Of a stretch of DNA of 64,000 nt, positions 19,601 through 27,093 are shown one piece after another. How positions within the stretch are numbered: position 1 is the stretch's first letter; each line of letters opens with the position of its first letter. Under the pieces are notes generated by a model that was not told where the DNA came from, searched no databases, and saw nothing but the letters and a program-made list of their open reading frames with translations. This DNA comes from Candidatus Saganbacteria bacterium (lineage in GTDB: Bacteria; Margulisbacteria; WOR-1; O2-12-FULL-45-9), in contig JAFGDE010000012.1 in NCBI GenBank assembly GCA_016932255.1, positions 58,049-122,048 on the forward strand, given 5' to 3'. The position numbers and the translations under genes were made by a program.

Positions 19601-20410
19601 TAAATTTGTTTTTGTGCCGGTAATATCACCATCGGCGATCGGGTTCCAGCCGCCGCCGTTGACCTGGTATTCAAAACTGCCGTTGACCACGCCGCAGGAA
19701 TCAGCCTCGCCATCCTTGATGCGGAAAGTTATCGCGATTCTACCGGTCCCGTCAGTATATTGTGATAATGCTGGCAGAACATTATCAGAAGAGCCATTAT
19801 TCAAGATCGGGGCAGTATTGAGAGGAGTATAATCAACTGTTGCATAAACCTGCGTTACATAAGGATTCCTTGTAACATCATTAGTATAAACGCCGTAAGC
19901 TTGTAAGGCATTTGAACCAACACCATTGATATCATCCACCGCCCAAGCCAGTCCAGTCTTTGGATTTGTCGCATAGTCATAAGTTCTGGTAGCCCAACTG
20001 TTGGCTGTCGGTGTCACTCCAGGATCGACGGTATCATAATTATTCCCGCCGACCAGAAGCGCTGATCTGATATTTGAAGTCTGACCACCCTGTTTCCTTT
20101 CATGCCTATATGTAAGCCTTAAGAAATTGATCGTTGAGCCAGCCGGCACGCTAAAAGCGGGAAAACTGAACAGGTTTCGTCCCGTTGCTGTAGCCCAGAT
20201 ATAACTGCCATCATCATCAGCCACAGCTTCGTTCACTTTATCATAGTAACTGCCCGTACTGCCTCCCGGGGGATTAATATAATCAATCCAAGTTCCAGTA
20301 TGAGAATGATCGCCAGTAGGCCGCTGGGTCTGCGTAACTGAAAGTGAAGGTAAAGCCCAAACACAGAGAATTACAAATACAATCGTTATATGAATAGCCA
20401 GCCGGCTCAT
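16676..20410 (-). CDS. Giant secreted surface protein/adhesin: signal peptide, two ~337-aa tandem repeat modules (Ig/FN3-like), SbsA-type Ig domain, T9SS type-A C-terminal sorting domain
   Basis: 1244 aa. Repeat 1 (NTAPILNNGSSDNVLP...) and repeat 2 (NTAPALNDGSTQNQLP...) are ~60% identical. C-terminus YAYPNPFKPNPPDNHTTVTFTNLGSVSTIKIFTLRGDLVKTI...SGLYLYVVKSGNDIKRGKLLVIK is a classical Por_Secre_tail pattern. Confidence 0.8.
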   Translation of the reverse strand: MSRLAIHITIVFVILCVWALPSLSVTQTQRPTGDHSHTGTWIDYINPPGGSTGSYYDKVNEAVADDDGSYIWATATGRNLFSFPAFSVPAGSTINFLRLTYRHERKQGGQTSNIRSALLVGGNNYDTVDPGVTPTANSWATRTYDYATNPKTGLAWAVDDINGVGSNALQAYGVYTNDVTRNPYVTQVYATVDYTPLNTAPILNNGSSDNVLPALSQYTDGTGRIAITFRIKDGEADSCGVVNGSFEYQVNGGGWNPIADGDITGTKTNLSSATDYSGTLHTLVWDNSKEHIDDAVSTNVQVRFNISDGALTSADGTSPSGFNVDNLDPAALAATDITSRPQAGGTTVILDCSFTESNPNTNTFYLALNGPTYGAGTAGQSNTADPSAQAVAAGATLDGNDYISKVRCVAVDDFGNVGINETLAPANDGVTPYTPPAPTVDTPTVTTVNVTVNKNASEASGLEYAIRESGGQYVQAGGTLGGAAVWQTIAAWGTKTVTGLSAPVSNYVFSTKSRNPNGDNPESSLSGGASSANTAPALNDGSTQNQLPVLVQATDRSGRITFTFRIRDLDLDDCSVVSGSVQYQVNGGGWNNILDADVAGTKTGLSSASDMSGTLHTLVWDNSKEYIDDAYSQNVQIRFQVDDGSSNSTYGVSPTGFNVDNLDPAVASATDIQTQPRAGQTTVTLSAAFTEINPDTNTFDLALNGGAYGSPTTGEANTATPSPQATAVGATLDGNDYVSQVKCTAVDDFGNIGDNENTSPSTVKQYIKPYTPAVPTVSNGTATTADVKINKYPAEVAGLEYSIYVSSHNKYVQTDGTLGDSAAWQPTFDWGTITVTGLSDPVSDYYFKVKSRNTSDAADQTTSQSDLSDAANTTGLPPVPEGVVSYFPSAGADNVSPEAVVSVTFDRDMSTLEVQAVFSMEAVYDNSGNFVYTPVSGAFSWARNRVLTFTPAATLSKGYTYRVRLSGPVKDFDGNDLTLDLTWTFRTVLDRQISNIFFSADGRTKVVLSLGAVSNDAYIDINRNPINDPREIDPAKITEANAKVLLENDPFKYPFTSSISEINAYGTDDVRITSDFAAPVTISLYYDDENDDGYVDNTSPRIMEKALKIYRLDEDHGLWIRMPNSIVDADQNCVSAVVSHFSVYTLMATAFEDVSAAYAYPNPFKPNPPDNHTTVTFTNLGSVSTIKIFTLRGDLVKTINETDGDGVASWNVQNDSGEALASGLYLYVVKSGNDIKRGKLLVIK

Positions 20411-20450
20411 TTACTTGATATTTTATGCTTATAATAGCGATGTTTCAAGC
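20411..20450 (-). promoter_or_regulatory. Sigma70-like promoter of the adhesin operon (TTGAAA-N17-TAAAAT), start codon 9 nt after the -10
   Basis: Minus strand reads gcTTGAAAcatcgctattataagcaTAAAATatcaagtaaATG. Confidence 0.35.
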
Positions 20451-20474
20451 TGAAATTTCAATGATCCAGGATCA
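20451..20474. promoter_or_regulatory. Two adjacent perfect palindromes (TGAAATTTCA 20451-60; TGATCCaGGATCA 20462-74) immediately upstream of the adhesin-operon -35
   Basis: Read directly; operator-like dyads. Confidence 0.35.
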
Positions 20475-20478
20475 ATTA

Positions 20479-20832
20479 TCAGCGGCCTATCAATAAAGCC
20501 TTATCAGGAACTGTCAGCCGTTCATTTTCACTGACCACCTGGCTGGCGTGCAGCCAGGCATTGGCCGTTGAGATAATCAGGGTTGACAGGGCTACTGCTT
20601 GCCAGCGCATGCCCTGGCCCGGGAACAGCATCTCGGACAGCCGGCGTTCAGCAAAGCTGCTCCAGAGCGCGGCGAACGGCAGGGTCTGCCAGAAAGTGAT
20701 GTCAAATTCCTGCAGGAAATTGACCTGCCCGGCTTCGCTGGAAACAGCCGTTGCCGGCAGCGTTGGCGCTGTGGTCAGCAGCAGCCAGGCGGCTAGCCAC
20801 AGGCTCAGCAGGCTTTTCCCCCTGCTGCTCAT
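20479..20832 (-). CDS. Hypothetical small secreted protein
   Basis: 117 aa with N-terminal signal peptide. 4-nt overlap with the upstream membrane-protein gene. No recognisable domain. Confidence 0.4.
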   Translation of the reverse strand: MSSRGKSLLSLWLAAWLLLTTAPTLPATAVSSEAGQVNFLQEFDITFWQTLPFAALWSSFAERRLSEMLFPGQGMRWQAVALSTLIISTANAWLHASQVVSENERLTVPDKALLIGR

Positions 20833-21926
20833 CGTTCTCTGACCTTCCTGACCAGCCTGCCGTAATAGACCGCCGCGGCCATTTCATCCGCGACAGCCTC
20901 AAGCATCTTCTCCAGGTCATGGGTGATATTCAGGCCTTCGCCATGGCTGAACAAAATAAAAAAGCCGACCGTCTTGCGGCGGAAGACCAGTTTTCTGACC
21001 AGTTCTTTTTGGATGAATTCCTTGCCCAAAAAGATCCCCTGAACATTATCTAAGACGTCGCTGATTTCTTTGATCTTCTTGCTGCGTAAAGCGGATAGGA
21101 ATTCTTCCGGAACGCCCATGTTCGCGCCGACCCTGACCACCTTCTTTTTATCCATCAACACGATCAAACCCGAATGCAGTCCCAGGACCGCCAGCATCTT
21201 TTCCAGCGCATCTTTAAGCATGACATCGAGATTAAACACGTGGGTAAGTGTCCAAAATATCGAAGTAAAAGCAGAATATTTTCGCTCAACGTCCCTTTCC
21301 CTGTTCAAGGCTGACTCAAGGTTGAGCCGTTCCTTCCCCAGGTACTGGATAATAAAGACCTCGCACAGGGAGATACAAAAGAGCACGATAGGCAGTACTA
21401 TCCCGTTCACATGGCACAGTTTAGGCAGGTATTGCTGGTCGATTATTAATCCGCCGTCTATTTGGACCAGCGGCAGGACACCCAAAGAGACCAGTATCAA
21501 CATGCTTTCATAAAGACCTATGGTTAAGAGAGCCCAGATCAAGGGGCCATAAGCTGAATACGGCGACCAAAAAGGCACAAGCGCAATAAACAGAACATAA
21601 GCGATAACATAAGGGCTTTGCGGCCCGCCGCTGAAATAATTAAATAACGTCATAACGATCAGATCAACAATGCCCAGGAACGTCGAGAGGAAAATTATCT
21701 CGTTAAGCGAGATCTTCTGAGTGCGCAAATAATAATAAGTTAACAAGGAATAAAAAAGGATGCCTAAGCCCAGCAGCATCAGCACAAAAACGTTCTCTGA
21801 GAGCCTGACACAAAAAATGTTCTGGATGACCAGGATAACAAAAAAAGAACCGCCGAGCAACAGACGGAAATTATTCATCCAGTAGACCCTGTCGATAATC
21901 TCTGTCTTGGTGTACCTGGGAAGCAT
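20829..21926 (-). CDS. Polytopic membrane protein with C-terminal cytoplasmic GAF-like domain
   Basis: 365 aa, about 8 predicted TM helices, then ~150 aa resembling the C-terminal half of a GAF domain. No kinase or output domain. Confidence 0.55.
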   Translation of the reverse strand: MLPRYTKTEIIDRVYWMNNFRLLLGGSFFVILVIQNIFCVRLSENVFVLMLLGLGILFYSLLTYYYLRTQKISLNEIIFLSTFLGIVDLIVMTLFNYFSGGPQSPYVIAYVLFIALVPFWSPYSAYGPLIWALLTIGLYESMLILVSLGVLPLVQIDGGLIIDQQYLPKLCHVNGIVLPIVLFCISLCEVFIIQYLGKERLNLESALNRERDVERKYSAFTSIFWTLTHVFNLDVMLKDALEKMLAVLGLHSGLIVLMDKKKVVRVGANMGVPEEFLSALRSKKIKEISDVLDNVQGIFLGKEFIQKELVRKLVFRRKTVGFFILFSHGEGLNITHDLEKMLEAVADEMAAAVYYGRLVRKVRER

Positions 21927-21981
21927 TTGCCGATTATATTAGAACATATCACAGCTAAAAGCAACAAACCTTTCCCCTGCG

Positions 21982-22010
21982 TTGAAAAGGCCCGGCGGCT
22001 GCGCTATAAT
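21982..22010 (+). promoter_or_regulatory. Sigma70-like promoter of panD (TTGAAA-N17-TATAAT), ATG 9 nt downstream
   Basis: TTGAAA 21982-87, TATAAT 22005-10, ATG 22020, no SD. Confidence 0.45.
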
Positions 22011-22019
22011 AATAGTTCA

Positions 22020-22361
22020 ATGTTGCTTACGATACTTAAATCCAAGATACACTTGGCCAAAGTGACCGATAACCAGCTCTATTACGAAGGCAGTATTGGC
22101 ATTTGCAAGGACCTGATGAAAGCCTGCGGCCTGTTGGCCGGCGAAAAAGTCCAGGTGCTCAATTTCAATAATTCCAACCGTTTTGAGACTTACGTGATCG
22201 AAGGCCAGAAAGGCGAGATCTCCCTGCGCGGGCCGGCGGCCAAGCTCGGCAAAAAAGGCGACAAGCTGATCATCCTGGCCTACGCCCTGATGGACCCGAA
22301 CGAGGCAAAGATGTTCAAGCCCAAGGTCATCAAAGTTGATGACCGGAATGAGTTGAGATGA
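22020..22361 (+). CDS. panD: Aspartate 1-decarboxylase
   Basis: MLLTILKSKIHLAKVTDNQLYYEGSIGI aligns with PanD (pyruvoyl Ser in YEGS). Start moved to ATG 22020. Confidence 0.85.
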   Translation: MLLTILKSKIHLAKVTDNQLYYEGSIGICKDLMKACGLLAGEKVQVLNFNNSNRFETYVIEGQKGEISLRGPAAKLGKKGDKLIILAYALMDPNEAKMFKPKVIKVDDRNELR

Positions 22362-22711
22362 CTGATTCAATAACCAAGAACCAAGATACAATAACCAAGA
22401 AGTTTTCAAGACCCAATATCCGATCTCCATTGACTATTGGGTCCTGTTTATTGGTGCTTTCCTGGTTATTGGTGTTTGGTAATTGGTCATTGGCTGCCGC
22501 CATGGGCGGCACGCCGCCAAAAGAAGAGGAACCCAAATACAAGCTTGAGATCCTCAAGATGGATATAGTGCCCGCCCAAACCAGCGTCATGAGCACTGAG
22601 ACCGGTACAGCCAGCTCTGAAGCGAAATATAAGCTGGAGATACTCAAAATGGACTTTATCTCAACCCCTACCTCAGATGAGCCCCAAAGTTCTCCCGCAT
22701 CCGCTGATTAA
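22358..22711 (+). CDS. Small membrane-anchored protein with a duplicated KYKLEILKMD peptide motif
   Basis: ATGA overlap with the panD stop. One TM helix, then two copies of KYKLEILKMD 30 aa apart whose DNA differs only at synonymous sites. Confidence 0.5.
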   Translation: MTDSITKNQDTITKKFSRPNIRSPLTIGSCLLVLSWLLVFGNWSLAAAMGGTPPKEEEPKYKLEILKMDIVPAQTSVMSTETGTASSEAKYKLEILKMDFISTPTSDEPQSSPASAD

Positions 22712-22776
22712 TTTTCCGGCTTGCGGCCTTTTTTCATTAGTGCTACAATCAAAATCTCTTGATAAGGAGGAAAATC

Positions 22777-23652
22777 ATGTCCAAAATGCTTAAAATAGGC
22801 CTACCCAAGGGCTCGCTTCAGGAATCCACTTTTGAATTGTTCAAAAAAGCCGGCTGGAACATCAAGGCCTCTTCACGTTCATACTACCCTTCGGTGGATG
22901 ACGCTGAGCTGGAAGTCATGCTCAGCCGGGCCCAGGAAATGGCCCGGTATGTTGAGAGCGGCGTGATCGACTGCGGCCTGACCGGCATTGACTGGGTCAT
23001 GGAATCAGGCTGCAAGGTCAAACAGGTCGCCGACCTAGTCTATGCCAAGCAGGGCTTACGCAAGGTCCGCTGGGTGCTGGCTGTACCGGAAAGCTCAAAA
23101 TTCAAGACCGTCAAGGACCTGAAAGGCAAACGCATCGCCACCGAGCTGGTCAACGTGACCAAGAAATGGCTCAAGGCCAGCAAGGTCAATGCTTCGGTTG
23201 ATTTCTCCTGGGGCGCGACCGAGGCTAAACCGCCGGAGCTGGCCGACGCGATTGTCGAGCTGACCGAGACCGGCTCATCCCTGCGCGCCAACAAGCTCAA
23301 GATCATTGACACGGTCATGGAAAGCAACACCGTGGTCATCGCCAACCAGGACTGCCTCAAGGACCCTTGGAAAAAGGAAAAACTGGACAATCTTATCACG
23401 CTGCTGCAGGGCGCGCTGGTGGCTGAAACCAAGGTCGGTTTGAAGATGAACGTGATCAAGAGCCGCCTGCGTCAGGTGCTCAAGCTTCTGCCGGCACTTC
23501 AGACCCCGACGATCTCTGAACTTACCAATGCCGCCTGGGTGGACCTTGACACAGTGGTCGATGAAAGTGTTGTCAGGGAACTTATCCCGAAACTGAAGAA
23601 AGCTGGAGCCAAGGGCATCATCGAATACCCGCTGAACAAGGTCATCGAGTGA
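22777..23652 (+). CDS. hisG: ATP phosphoribosyltransferase, long form with C-terminal regulatory domain
   Basis: HisG signature throughout. Start at ATG 22777 with AAGGAGG 6 nt upstream and TACAAT at 22743-48. Confidence 0.9.
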   Translation: MSKMLKIGLPKGSLQESTFELFKKAGWNIKASSRSYYPSVDDAELEVMLSRAQEMARYVESGVIDCGLTGIDWVMESGCKVKQVADLVYAKQGLRKVRWVLAVPESSKFKTVKDLKGKRIATELVNVTKKWLKASKVNASVDFSWGATEAKPPELADAIVELTETGSSLRANKLKIIDTVMESNTVVIANQDCLKDPWKKEKLDNLITLLQGALVAETKVGLKMNVIKSRLRQVLKLLPALQTPTISELTNAAWVDLDTVVDESVVRELIPKLKKAGAKGIIEYPLNKVIE

Positions 23653-23658
23653 GGGATC

Positions 23659-23705
23659 CCGCGACTGAACGTCGCGGATAACTCTAACAGCGAGGTTCAC
23701 TCGCT
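23659..23705. terminator. Pair of hairpins (CCGCGAC-TGAAC-GTCGCGG and AGCGAG-GTTCA-CTCGCT) followed by TTTT; probable bidirectional terminator between hisG and the acyltransferase gene
   Basis: Stems and loops read directly. The same loop pair recurs at 38233-38284. Confidence 0.45.
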
Positions 23706-23706
23706 T

Positions 23707-24432
23707 TTAGCTCGAAGAGAGAGCCACGATCCTCTGCCTCAGTTCTTCGGTCAGGGCCTTGTAACCGTCATAAGCCGGACCGCCGTTTAAGCGGTACGCC
23801 TCTGGATCAAGCGGCCGGTCAAAACGCACTTCGATCCGCGCCGGCCTAGGCAGTATCGAGCCCGGCCGCAGGACCTTCCAAGTATCTTTGAGATATACAG
23901 GAATAATCGGAACAGAGGTCTCGATCGAGAGCAGTCCGACCCCCGGCCTAAAGGGTAAGATAGCGCCGTTGACCGACCTGGTCCCCTCAGGATTGATATA
24001 AACAGCTTTACCCGCTAACAGTACCTTGGCCGCTGCCCGCAAGGCAGGGAAAAAATCAGCAACCGTATCAATGCGCACTGCATTAGCTGCCAGCTTGATC
24101 CAGAACCGGGTAAAAGCGATGTCATAGAAAAGCTTGGTCGTCAGGGCAAAGAGCTCTTCCCGCCTCTTACCCATGGCCCAGGCAACAACAGCAAAATCCA
24201 TTGAAGAAGCGTGATTGGCCGCTATTATATAGGGCGGCCGGGGCGGCAGGTTCTCAAGTCCAACGACCTTGACCGGACAATAGCTTCGGAATATAAGTCC
24301 GAGCAGATGATAAAATGCCGGCCGCAGACCCGCCTGCCAGACCGGCTTCAGCTTGAACAACGCGGGATTGCCCGGCTCATCAAGGCCGAGCAGTTTCCTC
24401 CAGTACGCGGCAGTCCCTTCTTCAGCTTTCAC
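23707..24432 (-). CDS. Lysophospholipid (1-acyl-glycerol-3-phosphate-type) acyltransferase, PlsC family
   Basis: 241 aa. HX4D motif NHASSMD and FRPG-like PFRPGVG motif. Confidence 0.8.
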   Translation of the reverse strand: MKAEEGTAAYWRKLLGLDEPGNPALFKLKPVWQAGLRPAFYHLLGLIFRSYCPVKVVGLENLPPRPPYIIAANHASSMDFAVVAWAMGKRREELFALTTKLFYDIAFTRFWIKLAANAVRIDTVADFFPALRAAAKVLLAGKAVYINPEGTRSVNGAILPFRPGVGLLSIETSVPIIPVYLKDTWKVLRPGSILPRPARIEVRFDRPLDPEAYRLNGGPAYDGYKALTEELRQRIVALSSS

Positions 24433-24677
24433 TTGTTAGCCAGAAAAGAAGCGACCATTTCAACGATATCATTGAGCGTCTTAATGTCCTTCAACCTGCC
24501 TTCCGGCACATCAAGGCTGTATTTCCTGTCCAGGGAAGCGATGATCTCGACCCCAAGCAGGGAGTCCACCCCAAGATCAGAGAATAGATTGGCGTCAGGC
24601 AATATCCTGTCCTCCGGCTGTTTTATTATCCTGGCGACCATTGATCTGATCTCAGCGGTCAATTGTTCCCTGTTCAT
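24429..24677 (-). CDS. Acyl carrier protein (dedicated, not the housekeeping acpP)
   Basis: 82 aa with DSL phosphopantetheine site (LGVDSLLGVE). Confidence 0.8.
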   Translation of the reverse strand: MNREQLTAEIRSMVARIIKQPEDRILPDANLFSDLGVDSLLGVEIIASLDRKYSLDVPEGRLKDIKTLNDIVEMVASFLANK

Positions 24678-26308
24678 TAAATTCCCAGCTCCTTTTTCAG
24701 CTCAAAACGCTTGATCTTCTTCAGCCTGGTCTTGGGCAGTTCTTCCTGCCGGATAACGAACCTGGCCACCCGCTTGAAATCAGCCAGCTGCTGGTTCAGT
24801 TCGGCCACTTGCTGATCAAGCGTCCTTTTGATGAACGCTTCGTCACGGCAGCCCAGTTTATCGAAGTATTCCATGTCCGGCACGATCAGGGCCATGACCT
24901 CTTCAGTGTTGCGGCGCGCACCGGCCGTGACCTTATCACCCATAACACAGCATTCGAGCACCGCGGGCAGCTTGTTAAGCGCGAACTCGACCTCTTCAGG
25001 ATAAACATTGACCCCGGAACCGGTCACGATGACGTCCTTGGACCGTCCGGTGATAAAGAGGAAACCGTCCTCATCGATATAGCCAACATCGCCGGTATAA
25101 AGCCAGCCGTTAACAACAACTCGCGAGCTCAGCTCCTTGCGTTTATAGTATCCTTTCATGATATTCGGCCCGAAAGCCAGTATCTCGCCAACCGGATCGG
25201 TCCCAGCGATCCTGATCTCGACCCCGGGTATCGGCCGGCCGACCGAGCCCAGCTTATTCTGTTTCAGCGTATTACAGGTCAGCACCGGCGCTGATTCGGA
25301 CAGGCCGTAACCCTGGAGGATAGTGAAGCCCATCAGGCTAAAATTTGCCGCTACTTCCGGATCAAGGGCCGCGCCACCGGAAACAAAAAAGCGTATCTTG
25401 CCACCGAATTTTTTATGTACCGTCTTGAACAGCCAGCTCCCCAAGTTTACGCCGATTATATGCTTAAAGAACCTGGCCAGACCGAACAGAACAGTAAAGG
25501 CCCGCTGCAGGCTGCGCTCTTCGACCTCGCGCAAAATACCATCATAAAAAAGCTGGTAAAGGAGCGGCACACCGCACATGATCGTCACGCCGGTCTCCTG
25601 CATATTGCGCAGTATCGCATGTGATTTAAGGCTCTCAGCATAAGTGACGCGGCAGCCCATATAGAACGGGCCGAGAAAACCGGCGGTCGTTTCAAAAGTA
25701 TGGTGCAGCGGCAGGACAGAGAGGAAGTTATCCTTGGGCCCTAGATCGAACAGCGACGCCACGGCCATGACATTCGACATGATATTACGATGGGTCAGAA
25801 CAACGCCTTTAGGTATGCCGGTCGTGCCCGATGTGTAGACGATCGAGGCAACGTCATCAAGACCGACCTGATCCGGCAGCCCCTGGCCTGCCGGCGGCAA
25901 AGTTCCAAGATCTTCCATCCTGACCGCCTGGGCCTGCAAACCGGTCTCTGCCAGATGGCCGATATATTGCGCTGACACGACGGCAGCGACCGCTCCGGAA
26001 TCCTCGATCAGCGGCTTAAGGTCATCGGGCTGCTGCATGGCATCCAGCGGTACAACAATCGCGCCCATGGAAGTTACCGCCAGATAAGCAATGGCCCATT
26101 CCGGCCGGTTCTCAGACAAGAGGATGACCCGCGCCCCCTTGATCACCCCCTGGCCTGCCAGTTTTGCCCTCAGCCTGACGGCCAGATCAGCCACCTGTTG
26201 AAATGTGAAGCACTTGTAGCCGTCAGCCTGTCTTATCTGATAGGCCGTCAGGTGGGCGTAACGGCCAGTGTTCTTTTTCAGCATTTCTCGAATGGTGATC
26301 AATTCCAT
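24677..26308 (-). CDS. AMP-dependent acyl-CoA/acyl-ACP synthetase (long-chain fatty acid ligase)
   Basis: 543 aa with AMP-binding motif YTSGTTGIPKGV and full ANL-superfamily layout. Confidence 0.85.
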   Translation of the reverse strand: MELITIREMLKKNTGRYAHLTAYQIRQADGYKCFTFQQVADLAVRLRAKLAGQGVIKGARVILLSENRPEWAIAYLAVTSMGAIVVPLDAMQQPDDLKPLIEDSGAVAAVVSAQYIGHLAETGLQAQAVRMEDLGTLPPAGQGLPDQVGLDDVASIVYTSGTTGIPKGVVLTHRNIMSNVMAVASLFDLGPKDNFLSVLPLHHTFETTAGFLGPFYMGCRVTYAESLKSHAILRNMQETGVTIMCGVPLLYQLFYDGILREVEERSLQRAFTVLFGLARFFKHIIGVNLGSWLFKTVHKKFGGKIRFFVSGGAALDPEVAANFSLMGFTILQGYGLSESAPVLTCNTLKQNKLGSVGRPIPGVEIRIAGTDPVGEILAFGPNIMKGYYKRKELSSRVVVNGWLYTGDVGYIDEDGFLFITGRSKDVIVTGSGVNVYPEEVEFALNKLPAVLECCVMGDKVTAGARRNTEEVMALIVPDMEYFDKLGCRDEAFIKRTLDQQVAELNQQLADFKRVARFVIRQEELPKTRLKKIKRFELKKELGI

Positions 26309-26316
26309 GATAATTT

Positions 26317-26386
26317 GGGTGCTGGGTACTGTGTTCTAGGCACTGGGTTCTAGGATCCCAGAACCCAGCACCTAATAACCTAGAAC
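26317..26386. repeat. Nested palindromic / direct-repeat element in the ligase-Yip1 intergenic region
   Basis: Outer 10-bp inverted repeat GGTGCTGGGT/ACCCAGCACC and inner CTGGGTTCT/AGAACCCAG. Direct repeats GTTCTAGG x2 and CCTAATAA x2. Confidence 0.4.
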
Positions 26387-26983
26387 CTAATAAGCCATCA
26401 TCCTCAAGTACATCGGCCCGTAGATAAAGTTGATCATGATGATCGAAAAGACAAAACTAACGACGATGGCCAAACCGATCACTGCCAGTGTATAAAGCAA
26501 TACCCTTTCTGCGGGTGTATCAAGGACCTCTTTCAGACCCAAATATAAAAGATAAAGACCGTACAAGCCCAGAATGGAAAGCACTCCCAGTCCAGGGACA
26601 AGCGAAAAGATCCCGACCAGCCAGGCCGGCGTCATTGAGTAAGCAACTACCTTCATGGAGCCTGCCAAGTCTGCCCTGGCTTTAAAGACCGGCGCCAGGA
26701 CCTTGACCAGCCAGCCAACAGCGAACAGCGCAGCCAGGTTCAGCACATAGCCAATTACCGCTCCTAACAGCGACTGGAGCAGCGGAGCCCGGACAATTCC
26801 GCCGACCGGCAGGCTGATGCCGACCAGCGTGATGCCGATCAAGCCGGCAACTGACGGTATCAGCGCCAACGGCGCCGCGTAATTGACAAAAAGAGCCTTG
26901 ATATCTGTTTTCTCGGCCTTGATCGTCTGCCATTCTTCCTTGGGGTGGATAATGATGTCCCGCGCCCGGTCAAAGATGTTCAT
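26387..26983 (-). CDS. Yip1-family integral membrane protein
   Basis: 198 aa; N-terminal cytosolic segment then five TM helices in the Yip1/DUF1282 pattern. Confidence 0.65.
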   Translation of the reverse strand: MNIFDRARDIIIHPKEEWQTIKAEKTDIKALFVNYAAPLALIPSVAGLIGITLVGISLPVGGIVRAPLLQSLLGAVIGYVLNLAALFAVGWLVKVLAPVFKARADLAGSMKVVAYSMTPAWLVGIFSLVPGLGVLSILGLYGLYLLYLGLKEVLDTPAERVLLYTLAVIGLAIVVSFVFSIIMINFIYGPMYLRMMAY

Positions 26984-27093
26984 TTAGCTTACCTCCTTGA
27001 ATAATAAACTGATTTTATCATTCATAACTTGTGCAAACAAGCCGGTTTTGTTAGAATTCGAGCGACAGGAGCAAAAGTCCGAGGAGGCTGACA

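Noticed and set aside
23659-23677. Possible LexA/Cheo-box reading of GAAC...GTTC in the hairpin loops
   Set aside because: The spacing between GAAC and GTTC (about 25 nt) is far longer than the 4-nt Cheo-box spacer. A structural hairpin interpretation is preferred.
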